This document shows positions 32,673-40,754 of a DNA stretch of 56,694 nt, piece by piece (the first letter of the stretch is position 1; each line of letters starts with the position of its first letter). The translations under genes were made by a program, and so were the position numbers. The stretch is taken from contig CALFLU010000093.1 of assembly GCA_937880125.1 (NCBI GenBank), positions 1 to 56,694 of the forward strand, in the 5' to 3' direction. This DNA comes from an uncultured Eubacteriaceae bacterium. GTDB taxonomy: Bacteria; Bacillota; Clostridia; Eubacteriales; UBA1433. Below the pieces are notes generated by a model. That model ran no database searches. It was not told the origin of the DNA and saw only the letters and a list, made by a program, of their open reading frames with translations.

Positions 32673-33794
32673 ATGAAACTTAGCCTACCACTTGTTTTTT
32701 CGGACATTTTTCATCAATTAAAACAACACGGTCTGTCTTGCTATCTGACAGGGTCTAACTTACTGCGCGCAGCCTATGGCATGCCTGTTAAGCCACCTTT
32801 TCAAATAATCACCGCATCCCCGATTGATTCGGTGAAAAAAGCACTCTCGCAGCAAGACTATTGCTTTATTGCAGACAACAAACGCTCCCCAATGCAGGCA
32901 GACGCCCTTGATTTTTTGTATGTTTCCGACATTGAAAGCTACTTGCAACATCAGCCTTTTGGCGTTTTGGGACTTGCTGTCGATATAAGCGGAGAGATAC
33001 TCTCCTCCAAACAGTGTCTGACCGACCTTGAACAAAACACCATTCGTTGCCAAATCGACCCGCAAACATGCCTTGAACTTCACCCGCTCAGCAAACTCAC
33101 ATCGCTGCGCCTTGTTGCACAATTTGAAAACTTGTCTCTGGACGAATCTCTCTATGAGGCTATCCGAAAAAACCCTTCCCTCAGCGGCTGCGCCAAAGCC
33201 GACATTGCCTGGGAAATAAACCAACTGTTGGTCGGCAACAATGCCTCCGCAGCCCTGATGCTCATGGCGCAGTTGCACCTGCTGGATGAGATTTTTCCCG
33301 ATTTGGCGGCCTGTGTCGGCATCACTCAAAACGAATACCACAGCAAAGATGTCTACGGGCACACCGTTGATGTCGTTGACCAAATGCCTCAAGAACACCT
33401 GGCGCTGCGCATGGCGGCGCTGTTTCACGATGTGTGCAAGCCCCAATGCAAACAAATCCTTGACGGCAAAATCCGTTTTCCGCGCCATGCCTTGTTTTCG
33501 GCTGATTTGTGCGCCAAAACACTGCATGAATACGGATATGCTGGCGCATTTTCCGATAAAGTGCATCAACTGATCCGCTATCACATGAAAAAACAAATTT
33601 TAAGCGACGACGAGCTCATTGCCATTTTGCACACCTGCGGCCCGCAAACCGCAAGAGAGATTTTTTTGCTGCAATTGGGCGATAATGCCACCACAACCTA
33701 CGCATACCGTGAAGGCATGTATCACAATCAGCAGCGCACCAATGAACTCATCGCAAAAATGTATCCGCAATCTTTACCCGATAACAAAAAATAA
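32673..33794 (+). CDS. CCA-adding enzyme / poly(A) polymerase family homolog with an HD domain; the nucleotidyltransferase head appears degenerate
   Basis: HD motifs HSKDVYGHTVDV and LFHDVCKP are present. The N-terminal region aligns with the class II NTase head but reads YLTGSNLLRAAYG...PFQIIT where GGxVRD...DxD is expected. Confidence 0.7.
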   Translation: MKLSLPLVFSDIFHQLKQHGLSCYLTGSNLLRAAYGMPVKPPFQIITASPIDSVKKALSQQDYCFIADNKRSPMQADALDFLYVSDIESYLQHQPFGVLGLAVDISGEILSSKQCLTDLEQNTIRCQIDPQTCLELHPLSKLTSLRLVAQFENLSLDESLYEAIRKNPSLSGCAKADIAWEINQLLVGNNASAALMLMAQLHLLDEIFPDLAACVGITQNEYHSKDVYGHTVDVVDQMPQEHLALRMAALFHDVCKPQCKQILDGKIRFPRHALFSADLCAKTLHEYGYAGAFSDKVHQLIRYHMKKQILSDDELIAILHTCGPQTAREIFLLQLGDNATTTYAYREGMYHNQQRTNELIAKMYPQSLPDNKK

Positions 33795-33812
33795 ATTTTC
33801 GCAGGAGTCACT

Positions 33813-34682
33813 ATGCCCACCAAACCTACTTCTCATCGATATATCAGAGAAAATATCGCCCGCTATGACTTTCATTTCAAAAAAGAGCTGGGGCAAAATT
33901 TTTTAACCGACGACAATATCATTCGCAATATTATTGCCGCATCCAATATCACCGCCGAAGATGTCGTGCTTGAAATCGGGCCGGGTATGGGCAGTCTCAC
34001 TTATTTTTTACTCGAATCCTGCAAAAGGTTAGCGGTTGTGGAAAAAGACCGCATTTTGGTTAAAATATTGCAAGATAACTTTTGCGATATCTCTCAGCTG
34101 ACCATTATCAATGACGATATTTTAACCTTTGATTTTGACCGTCTTGCCGATATTTTTCAAACGAAACAAAAAATCAAAGTCATCTCCAACCTCCCCTACA
34201 GCATCACCAGCGCTGCCATCATGAGGCTGCTTACCCACAGCAGTGCCTTTGACACCTTGACACTGATGATGCAAAAGGAGGTCGCCCATCGTTTGCTGGC
34301 TCTGCCTTCCACCAAGGACTACGGCTCTCTAACACTTGCTGTTGGATATTATGCGGAGTGCAGCGCCCTTTTTCAAGTTCCCTCTCAGGTGTTTTTTCCT
34401 CGACCTACGGTGGATTCCACCGTGGTGCTGCTCAAGTTGCGCACCAAGCCGCCTGTAGAAACCATAGATGAAGCAAGCATGTTTGCCTTGATTCGCGCAG
34501 CTTTTTCCACACGGCGCAAAACCCTTGTCAATGCGCTCTCCAATCAGTTGCAACTGGATAAAGAAGCCATCGCAGGTGCCTTAAACGCGTTAAATATCGA
34601 TACGCGCATTCGCGGCGAGGCATTGACGCTGGCACAGTTTGCCGCTTTAAATGACCTTTTATATGACAAAATAAAAAAATAA
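33813..34682 (+). CDS. rsmA: 16S rRNA (adenine1518/1519-N6)-dimethyltransferase
   Basis: KKELGQNFLTDDNI plus the SAM motif VLEIGPGMGSLT and NLPYSI. Confidence 0.95.
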   Translation: MPTKPTSHRYIRENIARYDFHFKKELGQNFLTDDNIIRNIIAASNITAEDVVLEIGPGMGSLTYFLLESCKRLAVVEKDRILVKILQDNFCDISQLTIINDDILTFDFDRLADIFQTKQKIKVISNLPYSITSAAIMRLLTHSSAFDTLTLMMQKEVAHRLLALPSTKDYGSLTLAVGYYAECSALFQVPSQVFFPRPTVDSTVVLLKLRTKPPVETIDEASMFALIRAAFSTRRKTLVNALSNQLQLDKEAIAGALNALNIDTRIRGEALTLAQFAALNDLLYDKIKK

Positions 34683-34691
34683 GATAATTTC

Positions 34692-34719
34692 TTTACAAAT
34701 ACCAAAAATATAGTATAAT
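34692..34719 (+). promoter_or_regulatory. Sigma-70-like promoter for tRNA-Leu
   Basis: TTTACA (34692..34697), a 16-nt spacer, then TATAAT (34714..34719), 10 nt before the tRNA 5' end. Confidence 0.6.
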
Positions 34720-34728
34720 AAATTTTAC

Positions 34729-34817
34729 GCGAGAGTGGCGGAACTGGCAGACGCGCAGGATTCAGGTTCCTGTGAGCAATTTAGCTTGTGTGGGTTCAAA
34801 TCCCGTCTCTCGCACCA
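34729..34817 (+). tRNA. tRNA-Leu (anticodon CAG), CCA encoded
   Basis: Acceptor stem GCGAGAG/CTCTCGC. Anticodon arm CAGGA-TTCAGGT-TCCTG. Long variable arm. T-arm GGGTTCAAATCCC. 3' ACCA. Confidence 0.9.
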
Positions 34818-34821
34818 ATAT

Positions 34822-34866
34822 GAATGCACTTTTCTGATTCGGAAAGGTGCATTCGCCTTTTTTACG
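34822..34866 (+). terminator. Intrinsic terminator after tRNA-Leu
   Basis: Stem gaatgcacttttc / gaaaggtgcattc (one mismatch), followed by gcctttttta. Confidence 0.65.
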
Positions 34867-34923
34867 GTAGCTTTTTCAACGGTAGTTCTTTTATTTTTGT
34901 ACTGCCAAAAATTAAATTTCTTC

Positions 34924-34960
34924 AAAAAAAAGAAACACCGCATGGCGCGGTGTTTCTTTG
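34924..34960. terminator. Bidirectional terminator that also serves the first usp gene on the minus strand
   Basis: aaaaaaaa-gaaacaccgc-atggc-gcggtgtttc-tttgg. Read on the minus strand it is followed by T8. Confidence 0.8.
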
Positions 34961-34978
34961 GTTCAACCATTTGTTACT

Positions 34979-35395
34979 TTAGCTTTTTACGATGTAGACA
35001 GAGCACTCAGAGTGGTTTAACACCCTCGAAGATACGGATCCCAGGAAAATTTTTGAAAATGTTCCCAAACCTCTATGACCCATAATAATCAGATCCGCTC
35101 CGATTTCTGATGCATAGTGGAGTATTTCCGTGCCGGGATCTCCCTTGCGGGTCACCGCCACAACGTTCGGATAATCTGCCAACAATGCTTTTGCGTCCGT
35201 CAATGTTTCTTCGGCCAACTGTTGATTGGTATCGTCCACGTGGGGGCTGAGAATATAGCCTTCCACAGGCACAATACCGGGAACCACGGTTATAATGTGA
35301 ATTTCTTTTCCCTCAAGCAGACCTTCTTCGATCCCTTTTAGAATCGCATTTTTTGATGGTTCTGAACCGTCAACAGGCAGCAATACTTTCATCAT
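34979..35395 (-). CDS. Universal stress protein (UspA family), paralog 1
   Basis: MMKVLLPVDGSE...ADLIIMGHRGLGTFSKIFLGSVSSRVLNHSECSVYIV. AGGAGGAGGG lies upstream of the ATG at 35395. Confidence 0.9.
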   Translation of the reverse strand: MMKVLLPVDGSEPSKNAILKGIEEGLLEGKEIHIITVVPGIVPVEGYILSPHVDDTNQQLAEETLTDAKALLADYPNVVAVTRKGDPGTEILHYASEIGADLIIMGHRGLGTFSKIFLGSVSSRVLNHSECSVYIVKS

Positions 35396-35447
35396 AACTT
35401 CCCTCCTCCTATTGTCCGAAAACAATATTTTATTTTTACTTATCTTA

Positions 35448-35476
35448 AGTATATCTTAGATAACAAGGCGTGTCAA
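35448..35476 (-). promoter_or_regulatory. Sigma-70-like promoter for usp paralog 1
   Basis: The minus strand reads TTGACA (35476..35471), a 17-nt spacer, then TATACT (35453..35448). It overlaps the short repeats atcttaag / atcttag. Confidence 0.55.
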
Positions 35477-35533
35477 ATCAGCTCCTGTCCACACAAGTGT
35501 GCCCATTGGCTGCATTGCAGGCTACAGAGTTTG

Positions 35534-35968
35534 TTATTCTCCCTCTTTAACGATCAATACGGAGCTTTTGGCTTGAGACAACACTTTGGATGAGACCGAA
35601 CCCAGCAGCGTTTTGCTGAAAGCACCCAGTCCTCTGTTGCCCATGATAATCAAATCCGCTTTGATTTTATCCGCATATTCCAAAATTTCTTTTGCCGCAT
35701 CACCCTTTGCGCAGTCTGTGGTTACTTCAACATTGTATCTTTTAAAAATACCTTTAGCTTCTTCCAGTGTTTGTTTTGCATGCTTTTCAAAGCTTTCGTC
35801 CACGTGCTCAATGACATCGGGATTGATGTGATAGCCGCGTCCCGTTATTTTATCGGGAATGGCAACAAAGACATGCACGTCGTTACCCGTGAGCAATCCT
35901 CTCTCCAAACTTCTGATCATCGCATTTTTTGATGAATTCGAACCGTCTATCGGCATTAATATTTTCAT
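35534..35968 (-). CDS. Universal stress protein (UspA family), paralog 2
   Basis: MKILMPIDGSNSS...ADLIIMGNRGLGAFSKTLLGSVSSKVLSQAKSSVLIV. GGAGGAG lies upstream of the ATG at 35968. Confidence 0.9.
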   Translation of the reverse strand: MKILMPIDGSNSSKNAMIRSLERGLLTGNDVHVFVAIPDKITGRGYHINPDVIEHVDESFEKHAKQTLEEAKGIFKRYNVEVTTDCAKGDAAKEILEYADKIKADLIIMGNRGLGAFSKTLLGSVSSKVLSQAKSSVLIVKEGE

Positions 35969-36061
35969 GCTTTCTCCTCCAGTTTTTAATAAAAACAGTG
36001 CTTTTGCTAATGATAATGTGATTTCCAATAAAAGTCAATTTATTTTCCGCATTCAAGCCGA

Positions 36062-36088
36062 CAAAAAACCGCCGAAAATCGGCGGCAA
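36062..36088 (-). terminator. Intrinsic terminator after usp paralog 3
   Basis: The minus strand reads ttgccgccga-ttt-tcggcgg-ttttttg, immediately after the stop at 36093. Confidence 0.8.
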
Positions 36089-36092
36089 TGCA

Positions 36093-36527
36093 TTAATAAT
36101 TTTTCTTTTTCATAATCAGCACAGGACACTGTGCGTGCTGCAAAATTTTGATGGATACCGAGCCCAACAGCATACTGCCCAAAGCGCCTCTGCCCCTGGT
36201 GCCCATCATAATAAAGTCTGCCTCTATCGTTTTGGCATAGTCCAATATGTTTTCCGCCGCGTCCCCTACCCTAAACACCCCGCTTATTTGCCTATTCGGG
36301 TCAAACAGTCCCTTTGCCTGCTCCAAAATCTCGCTGCCCGCCTTGGCTTGTGCATCTAATATTTGTTGCACCACGTCATCACTCAAGTAACTGTCCCGCC
36401 CTGCGGCAGTGCCTTCCACCACTGTGATGAGGTGCACTTCTTTCTCCTCCAAAAATCCTTCCTCAAGCGCTGTAACAATCGCTTCCTTTGCATATGTCGA
36501 ACCGTCCACGGGTATTAATACTTTCAT
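36093..36527 (-). CDS. Universal stress protein (UspA family), paralog 3
   Basis: MKVLIPVDGSTYAKE...ADFIMMGTRGRGALGSMLLGSVSIKILQHAQCPVLIM. AAAAGGAGGAAGG lies upstream of the ATG at 36527. Confidence 0.9.
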   Translation of the reverse strand: MKVLIPVDGSTYAKEAIVTALEEGFLEEKEVHLITVVEGTAAGRDSYLSDDVVQQILDAQAKAGSEILEQAKGLFDPNRQISGVFRVGDAAENILDYAKTIEADFIMMGTRGRGALGSMLLGSVSIKILQHAQCPVLIMKKKNY

Positions 36528-36821
36528 GACGCCTTCCTCCTTTTCTGTTGACACTATCATACGCCCAACGGCAATTTCTGTCAACCAACCGCAAAAGTAT
36601 AAAATTTTTATCCTTTTTGTCCCTTCCCTGCAAACCCTCCGCACCTCATGCATCAAGCAACAAAACCGTTTTTTATTGTCTCTCCATGCCACACAGCTCC
36701 GTTCAGCTCTGTCATGCCCTCCATTGAAGGTTCCTGCAAGGCAAATACCATTGTTTTAGCTTCAACATAGGTTTTTATGGTATACTATAAGCAAATATCA
36801 TATCACTATTAGGAGGTAGCT

Positions 36822-37325
36822 ATGAACAAATACAAAAAAATAACAGTGATATTGTTGGTGCTGTTAATGGCCTTGTCGGTGGTGGGCTGTTCTTCCGGCA
36901 AATCCGAGGTCTATGATAACGGCGTCATCTCCGTTACCGTACCCAAGGGCTGGATGGTCTATGAGTCTAAAAACAGCAATAACGAGGTCGTAAAAACCAA
37001 TTTATCTGTTGTCAAAACCACCGATAAATCTAAAATTATGGACTCGCCCATGGTCACCATTTCCTATGCAGGGGCCGATAAAACATTATACCCTGTTACC
37101 AAAGACTTTTACGAAGATACCGAAGATCTCGCCGTCTGGGAAATTGGCGGCAAAAAATTTGAAGGTTTCAAAGGCACGTCCTTCGGTGCAGAGATGCTTT
37201 ATTATTTTGCCGTGGACGGTGATAAAGAGTACCAAGTTGTGGTTTGGCCCAATATGAAAAACGGCACGATCTCCCTTGAAGACGAAGATGTAAAAACGAT
37301 CGTTGAAAGCTTGACAGGCAAATAA
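36822..37325 (+). CDS. Hypothetical lipoprotein
   Basis: Signal peptide with the lipobox LSVVGC|SSG. AGGAGG RBS. 167 aa. I recognise no family. Confidence 0.7.
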   Translation: MNKYKKITVILLVLLMALSVVGCSSGKSEVYDNGVISVTVPKGWMVYESKNSNNEVVKTNLSVVKTTDKSKIMDSPMVTISYAGADKTLYPVTKDFYEDTEDLAVWEIGGKKFEGFKGTSFGAEMLYYFAVDGDKEYQVVVWPNMKNGTISLEDEDVKTIVESLTGK

Positions 37326-37409
37326 ACCCTTGTATATTTTGTGCAAGAATTCGCCTTGCAACGCACACGTATGAACGAAACGATTCATCCTAATTCCTCA
37401 AGCAGTCAC

Positions 37410-37453
37410 AACCCCCATGCAACATAGTATGTTGCCTTGGGGGTTCTTTTTTT
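37410..37453 (+). terminator. Intrinsic terminator after the lipoprotein gene
   Basis: Stem aacccccatgcaacat / atgttgccttgggggtt (one bulge), followed by cttttttt. Confidence 0.75.
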
Positions 37454-37641
37454 ATTCTTTACAGCTGTTCATTTTTGTTTTTTCGCTCTCCCATTTTTTC
37501 TGTTTCAATAAAGGATAATTGCGCGAGATATTTTGATGTAATCTGTTTTTGAACCCTAATTTTATAGATACCCTCAAAACTCTCTTTTATTCACACCGCC
37601 CTCGTTGTCATTTTTTACACGCTCAAAAAAATCTTCTACCC

Positions 37642-37670
37642 TTGACACCTATTTAAAAATAGTATATGTT
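37642..37670 (+). promoter_or_regulatory. Candidate promoter of the thi cluster
   Basis: TTGACA (37642..37647), a 17-nt spacer, then TATGTT (37665..37670). This predicts a leader of only about 85 nt before thiS. Confidence 0.45.
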
Positions 37671-37679
37671 TATATGCAG

Positions 37680-37740
37680 AGTGCAAACGCACGAAGGGGT
37701 ATACCACCACGGGTATAAATTTCCTTCGTGCGTTTTTTGT
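37680..37740 (+). promoter_or_regulatory. Candidate HMP-PP riboswitch (thiS motif): terminator-embedded aptamer
   Basis: Perfect 10-bp outer stem cgcacgaagg (37688..37697) / ccttcgtgcg (37723..37732). It encloses an inner hairpin tatacc-accacg-ggtata and is followed by T6 (37733..37738). The element ends 24 nt before the thiS TTG start. No THI-box sequence is present upstream. Confidence 0.6.
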
Positions 37741-37761
37741 TATCAAAGGCAGGTGAACAGC

Positions 37762-37959
37762 TTGATTATTGTCAACGGAAACAAACGCGTCTATGAAGAA
37801 AATCTCTCTTTTGCCGACTATTTGCAAAACGAGGGCTATAGGCTTTCCAAAATTGCAGTGGAGTGCAACGGAGAAATTGTCCCAAGATCTCATTATGCGC
37901 AAAGGCTTATACAGCGCGGAGACTGCATTGAAATCGTGCACTTTGTGGGCGGGGGCTGA
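37762..37959 (+). CDS. thiS: Sulfur carrier protein ThiS
   Basis: 65 aa from a TTG start (AAAGGCAGGTG upstream). The sequence LIIVNGNKR...ECNGEIVPRSHYAQRLIQRGDCIEIVHFVGGG ends in the C-terminal GG. The longer ORF-track form would include the leader hairpin. Confidence 0.85.
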   Translation: MIIVNGNKRVYEENLSFADYLQNEGYRLSKIAVECNGEIVPRSHYAQRLIQRGDCIEIVHFVGGG

Positions 37960-37961
37960 GC

Positions 37962-38777
37962 GTGTATATCAAAGTAAACAACCACGTTCGTCCACTGTCT
38001 GAGACAAACACCACCCTTGCGGATATTATGGGCGATTTTTGTGTCAACGGTTCTGACTTCATCGCCCTTGTCAACGGCACTGCCGCCAAAGCTCATCGAT
38101 TGCTGAAACCCGGCGACGAAATTTTTTTCGTTCCCAAAACCGACTTTGTCGACAAAGAAACTTGGCAAGCCATGATGCGTACGCGCTACACGCCTGCGGT
38201 TTATGAAAAAATTGCCGCCGCACGGGTGGGCATTGCAGGCTTGGGCGGATTGGGTTCCAATATCGCCATCATGCTTGGGCGCGCAGGCGTGGGTCATTTG
38301 CATTTAATCGATTTTGACAAAGTGGATGTCAGCAACTTAAACCGCCAACACTATAGCATTGCGCAATTGGGTATGTATAAAACCGCTGCCACGGCGCAAA
38401 ATATCCGTGCCGTTAATCCCTATATTGCACTGAGGGAAGACACAGCAACGGTAGATGCGACCAACATCGACACGCTGTTTTTAGAGGACGATATCATCTG
38501 CGAAGCTTTTGACGATGCCCAAAGCAAAGCACTGCTCGTCAACACGCTGTTGGAAAAACAACCGCAAAAAAAAATAATTGCCGCCTCGGGCATGGCCGGC
38601 TATGAAAGCAGCAATGCCATTCAAACAAACAAAATCACCGACCATTTCTACCTGTGCGGTGACAAAATTACCGAAGCAAAAGAAGGCTGCAGTCTCATGG
38701 CCCCACGAGTTATGATTTGTGCCGCACACCAAGCCAATATGGCGTTGCGACTGATATTAGACAAAAAAGAAACATGA
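37962..38777 (+). CDS. thiF: ThiS adenylyltransferase ThiF (short clostridial type) with an N-terminal ThiS-like beta-grasp extension
   Basis: E1-like motif [40 protein letters not shown]. The first 60 or so residues, [12 protein letters not shown]...[23 protein letters not shown], resemble ThiS but lack the terminal GG. GTG start. Confidence 0.85.
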   Translation: MYIKVNNHVRPLSETNTTLADIMGDFCVNGSDFIALVNGTAAKAHRLLKPGDEIFFVPKTDFVDKETWQAMMRTRYTPAVYEKIAAARVGIAGLGGLGSNIAIMLGRAGVGHLHLIDFDKVDVSNLNRQHYSIAQLGMYKTAATAQNIRAVNPYIALREDTATVDATNIDTLFLEDDIICEAFDDAQSKALLVNTLLEKQPQKKIIAASGMAGYESSNAIQTNKITDHFYLCGDKITEAKEGCSLMAPRVMICAAHQANMALRLILDKKET

Positions 38778-38793
38778 AAAGGAGTGTATTGTT

Positions 38794-39594
38794 ATGAACC
38801 GACACGAAGACAAACTGATTTTGGGCGGTAAGGAATTTACTTCCCGCTTTATTTTAGGCTCCGGCAAATTTGACATGGAGCTCATAAAGGCCGCCATCAC
38901 CCACGCAGATGCTCAAATTATCACACTGGCCCTGCGCCGTGCCAACAACGCAAAGGGTGCCAGTATTTTGGACTATATCCCCGAGGGCATCACCTTGCTG
39001 CCCAACACCTCCGGCGCACGCAATGCACAGGAAGCTGTGCGCATTGCGCGCCTTGCGCGCGAAATGGGGTGCGGCGACTTTGTTAAAATCGAAGTCATCC
39101 GCGATTCCAAATATCTATTTCCCGACAACCATGAAACCATCAAGGCCACGGAAATCTTGGCAAACGAAGGCTTTATTGTCCTGCCCTATATGTATCCCGA
39201 CTTAAATGCGGCAAGGGATATGGCCCTGGCAGGCGCTGCGGCCATCATGCCTCTGGGCTCGCCCATCGGCTCCAATAAAGGGCTTTGCACAAAGGAGTTC
39301 ATTCAAATTTTAATCGACGAAATTGACCTGCCCATTATCGTCGATGCAGGTATCGGCAGACCCTCACAGGCTTGCGAAGCCATGGAAATGGGCGCAGCGG
39401 CCATCATGGCCAATACGGCCATTGCCACAGCGGGCGATATTGCGCAAATGGCCAAAGCCTTTTGTCTTGCCATTGACGCCGGCAGAAAGGCCTACTTGTC
39501 GGGCCTTGGACGCATCATCCACAAAGGCGCCAGCGCCTCTTCGCCGCACAGGGTTTTTAGAACAACAACCGGAGGCGAAATAATATGTCCTTAA
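38794..39594 (+). CDS. thiG: Thiazole synthase ThiG
   Basis: [19 protein letters not shown], then VKIEVI...LPYM and GSPIGSNKG...IVDAGIG, typical of the ThiG TIM barrel. Confidence 0.95.
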   Translation: MNRHEDKLILGGKEFTSRFILGSGKFDMELIKAAITHADAQIITLALRRANNAKGASILDYIPEGITLLPNTSGARNAQEAVRIARLAREMGCGDFVKIEVIRDSKYLFPDNHETIKATEILANEGFIVLPYMYPDLNAARDMALAGAAAIMPLGSPIGSNKGLCTKEFIQILIDEIDLPIIVDAGIGRPSQACEAMEMGAAAIMANTAIATAGDIAQMAKAFCLAIDAGRKAYLSGLGRIIHKGASASSPHRVFRTTTGGEIICP

Positions 39595-40754
39595 AAGAAA
39601 CACGCATCAACCACATGCAGTATATGGAGGGCATGGAAATTCTTCACGATTCCACCATCATGCATGAAGTTATTGACGGCATGAATCGAATTGATTTTTC
39701 TTCTTACACAGAAAATGATGTCAAGGCCGCGCTGTCCAAACAAGTCCTCAAACCGTTTGATTTCGGCGCCCTATTATCACCGGCGGCAGGAGATTTTCTC
39801 GAAGAAATGGCCCTGCGCGCCCAAGAGGAAACACGCAGACATTTCGGCAACTCCATTTATTTGTTTACCCCGCTCTACATTTCTAATTATTGTGAAAATT
39901 ATTGCATTTACTGTGGATTCAATTCACATAACAAAATCAAACGCGCAAAATTGAATATGGAAGAAATCGAAAAAGAATTGGCGGCCATTGCCAAGGACGG
40001 TCTGGAAGATATTCTCATTTTGACCGGAGAAAGCCGAAAGCAATCCGACGTGAACTATATCGGTCAAGCCGCAAAGTTGGCGAGCAAATATTTTAAAACC
40101 GTCGGTATTGAAGTATACCCGATGAACACCGACGAATATGCACACTTGCATCAATGCGGCGTGGACTATGTGACGGTTTTTCAGGAAACATATAACGCCG
40201 ATAAATATGAAACACTGCACTTGGCCGGCCACAAACGCATCTTTCCCTATCGTTTCAACGCCCAGGAGAGAGCGCTGCGCGGTGGCATGCGCGGTGTGTC
40301 TTTTGCAGCGCTTTTGGGGCTGGACGATTTTCGCAAAGATGCCTATGCCACGGGGCTGCATGCCTATTTGCTGCAGCGAAATTATCCCCATGCGGAAATT
40401 TCCTTTTCCTGCCCGCGTCTGAGACCGATTATCAACAACGACACCATCAATCCCAAAGATGTGCATGAAAAAGAATTGGTGCAAATTATTTGCGCCTATC
40501 GTCTGTTTATGCCCTATGCGGGCATTACCGTTTCCACGCGCGAAAGTGCCCATTTTCGAAATCACATTATCCACATTGCGGCAACCAAAATATCCGCAGG
40601 CGTCAGCACGGGCATCGGTGAACACCAAGAAGACAGCGAAAAACAGGGCGACGAGCAGTTTGAAATCGCAGATAACCGCAATGTCAAAGAGGTGCTGGCA
40701 GCCATTTATGATGCCGGCATGCAGCCTGTTATGAACGACCATGTCTTCCTTTGA
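39585..40754 (+). CDS. thiH: 2-iminoacetate synthase ThiH (radical SAM tyrosine lyase)
   Basis: Radical-SAM cluster motif [10 protein letters not shown]. 389 aa. It overlaps thiG by 10 nt and the downstream gene by 14 nt. Confidence 0.92.
   Translation: MSLKETRINHMQYMEGMEILHDSTIMHEVIDGMNRIDFSSYTENDVKAALSKQVLKPFDFGALLSPAAGDFLEEMALRAQEETRRHFGNSIYLFTPLYISNYCENYCIYCGFNSHNKIKRAKLNMEEIEKELAAIAKDGLEDILILTGESRKQSDVNYIGQAAKLASKYFKTVGIEVYPMNTDEYAHLHQCGVDYVTVFQETYNADKYETLHLAGHKRIFPYRFNAQERALRGGMRGVSFAALLGLDDFRKDAYATGLHAYLLQRNYPHAEISFSCPRLRPIINNDTINPKDVHEKELVQIICAYRLFMPYAGITVSTRESAHFRNHIIHIAATKISAGVSTGIGEHQEDSEKQGDEQFEIADNRNVKEVLAAIYDAGMQPVMNDHVFL

Noticed and set aside
32760-33596. 278-aa minus-strand ORF opposite the CCA-enzyme homolog
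   Set aside because: The plus-strand frame carries the HD motifs and the family layout. The antisense frame has no motifs and no RBS.
37450-37761. Expected a TPP (THI-box) riboswitch upstream of the thi cluster
   Set aside because: I searched both the short leader and the 300 nt upstream for the conserved CTGAGA and ACCTGATCTGGATAATGCCAGCG-like segments and found neither. The short terminator-embedded element is reported instead as a candidate HMP-PP riboswitch.
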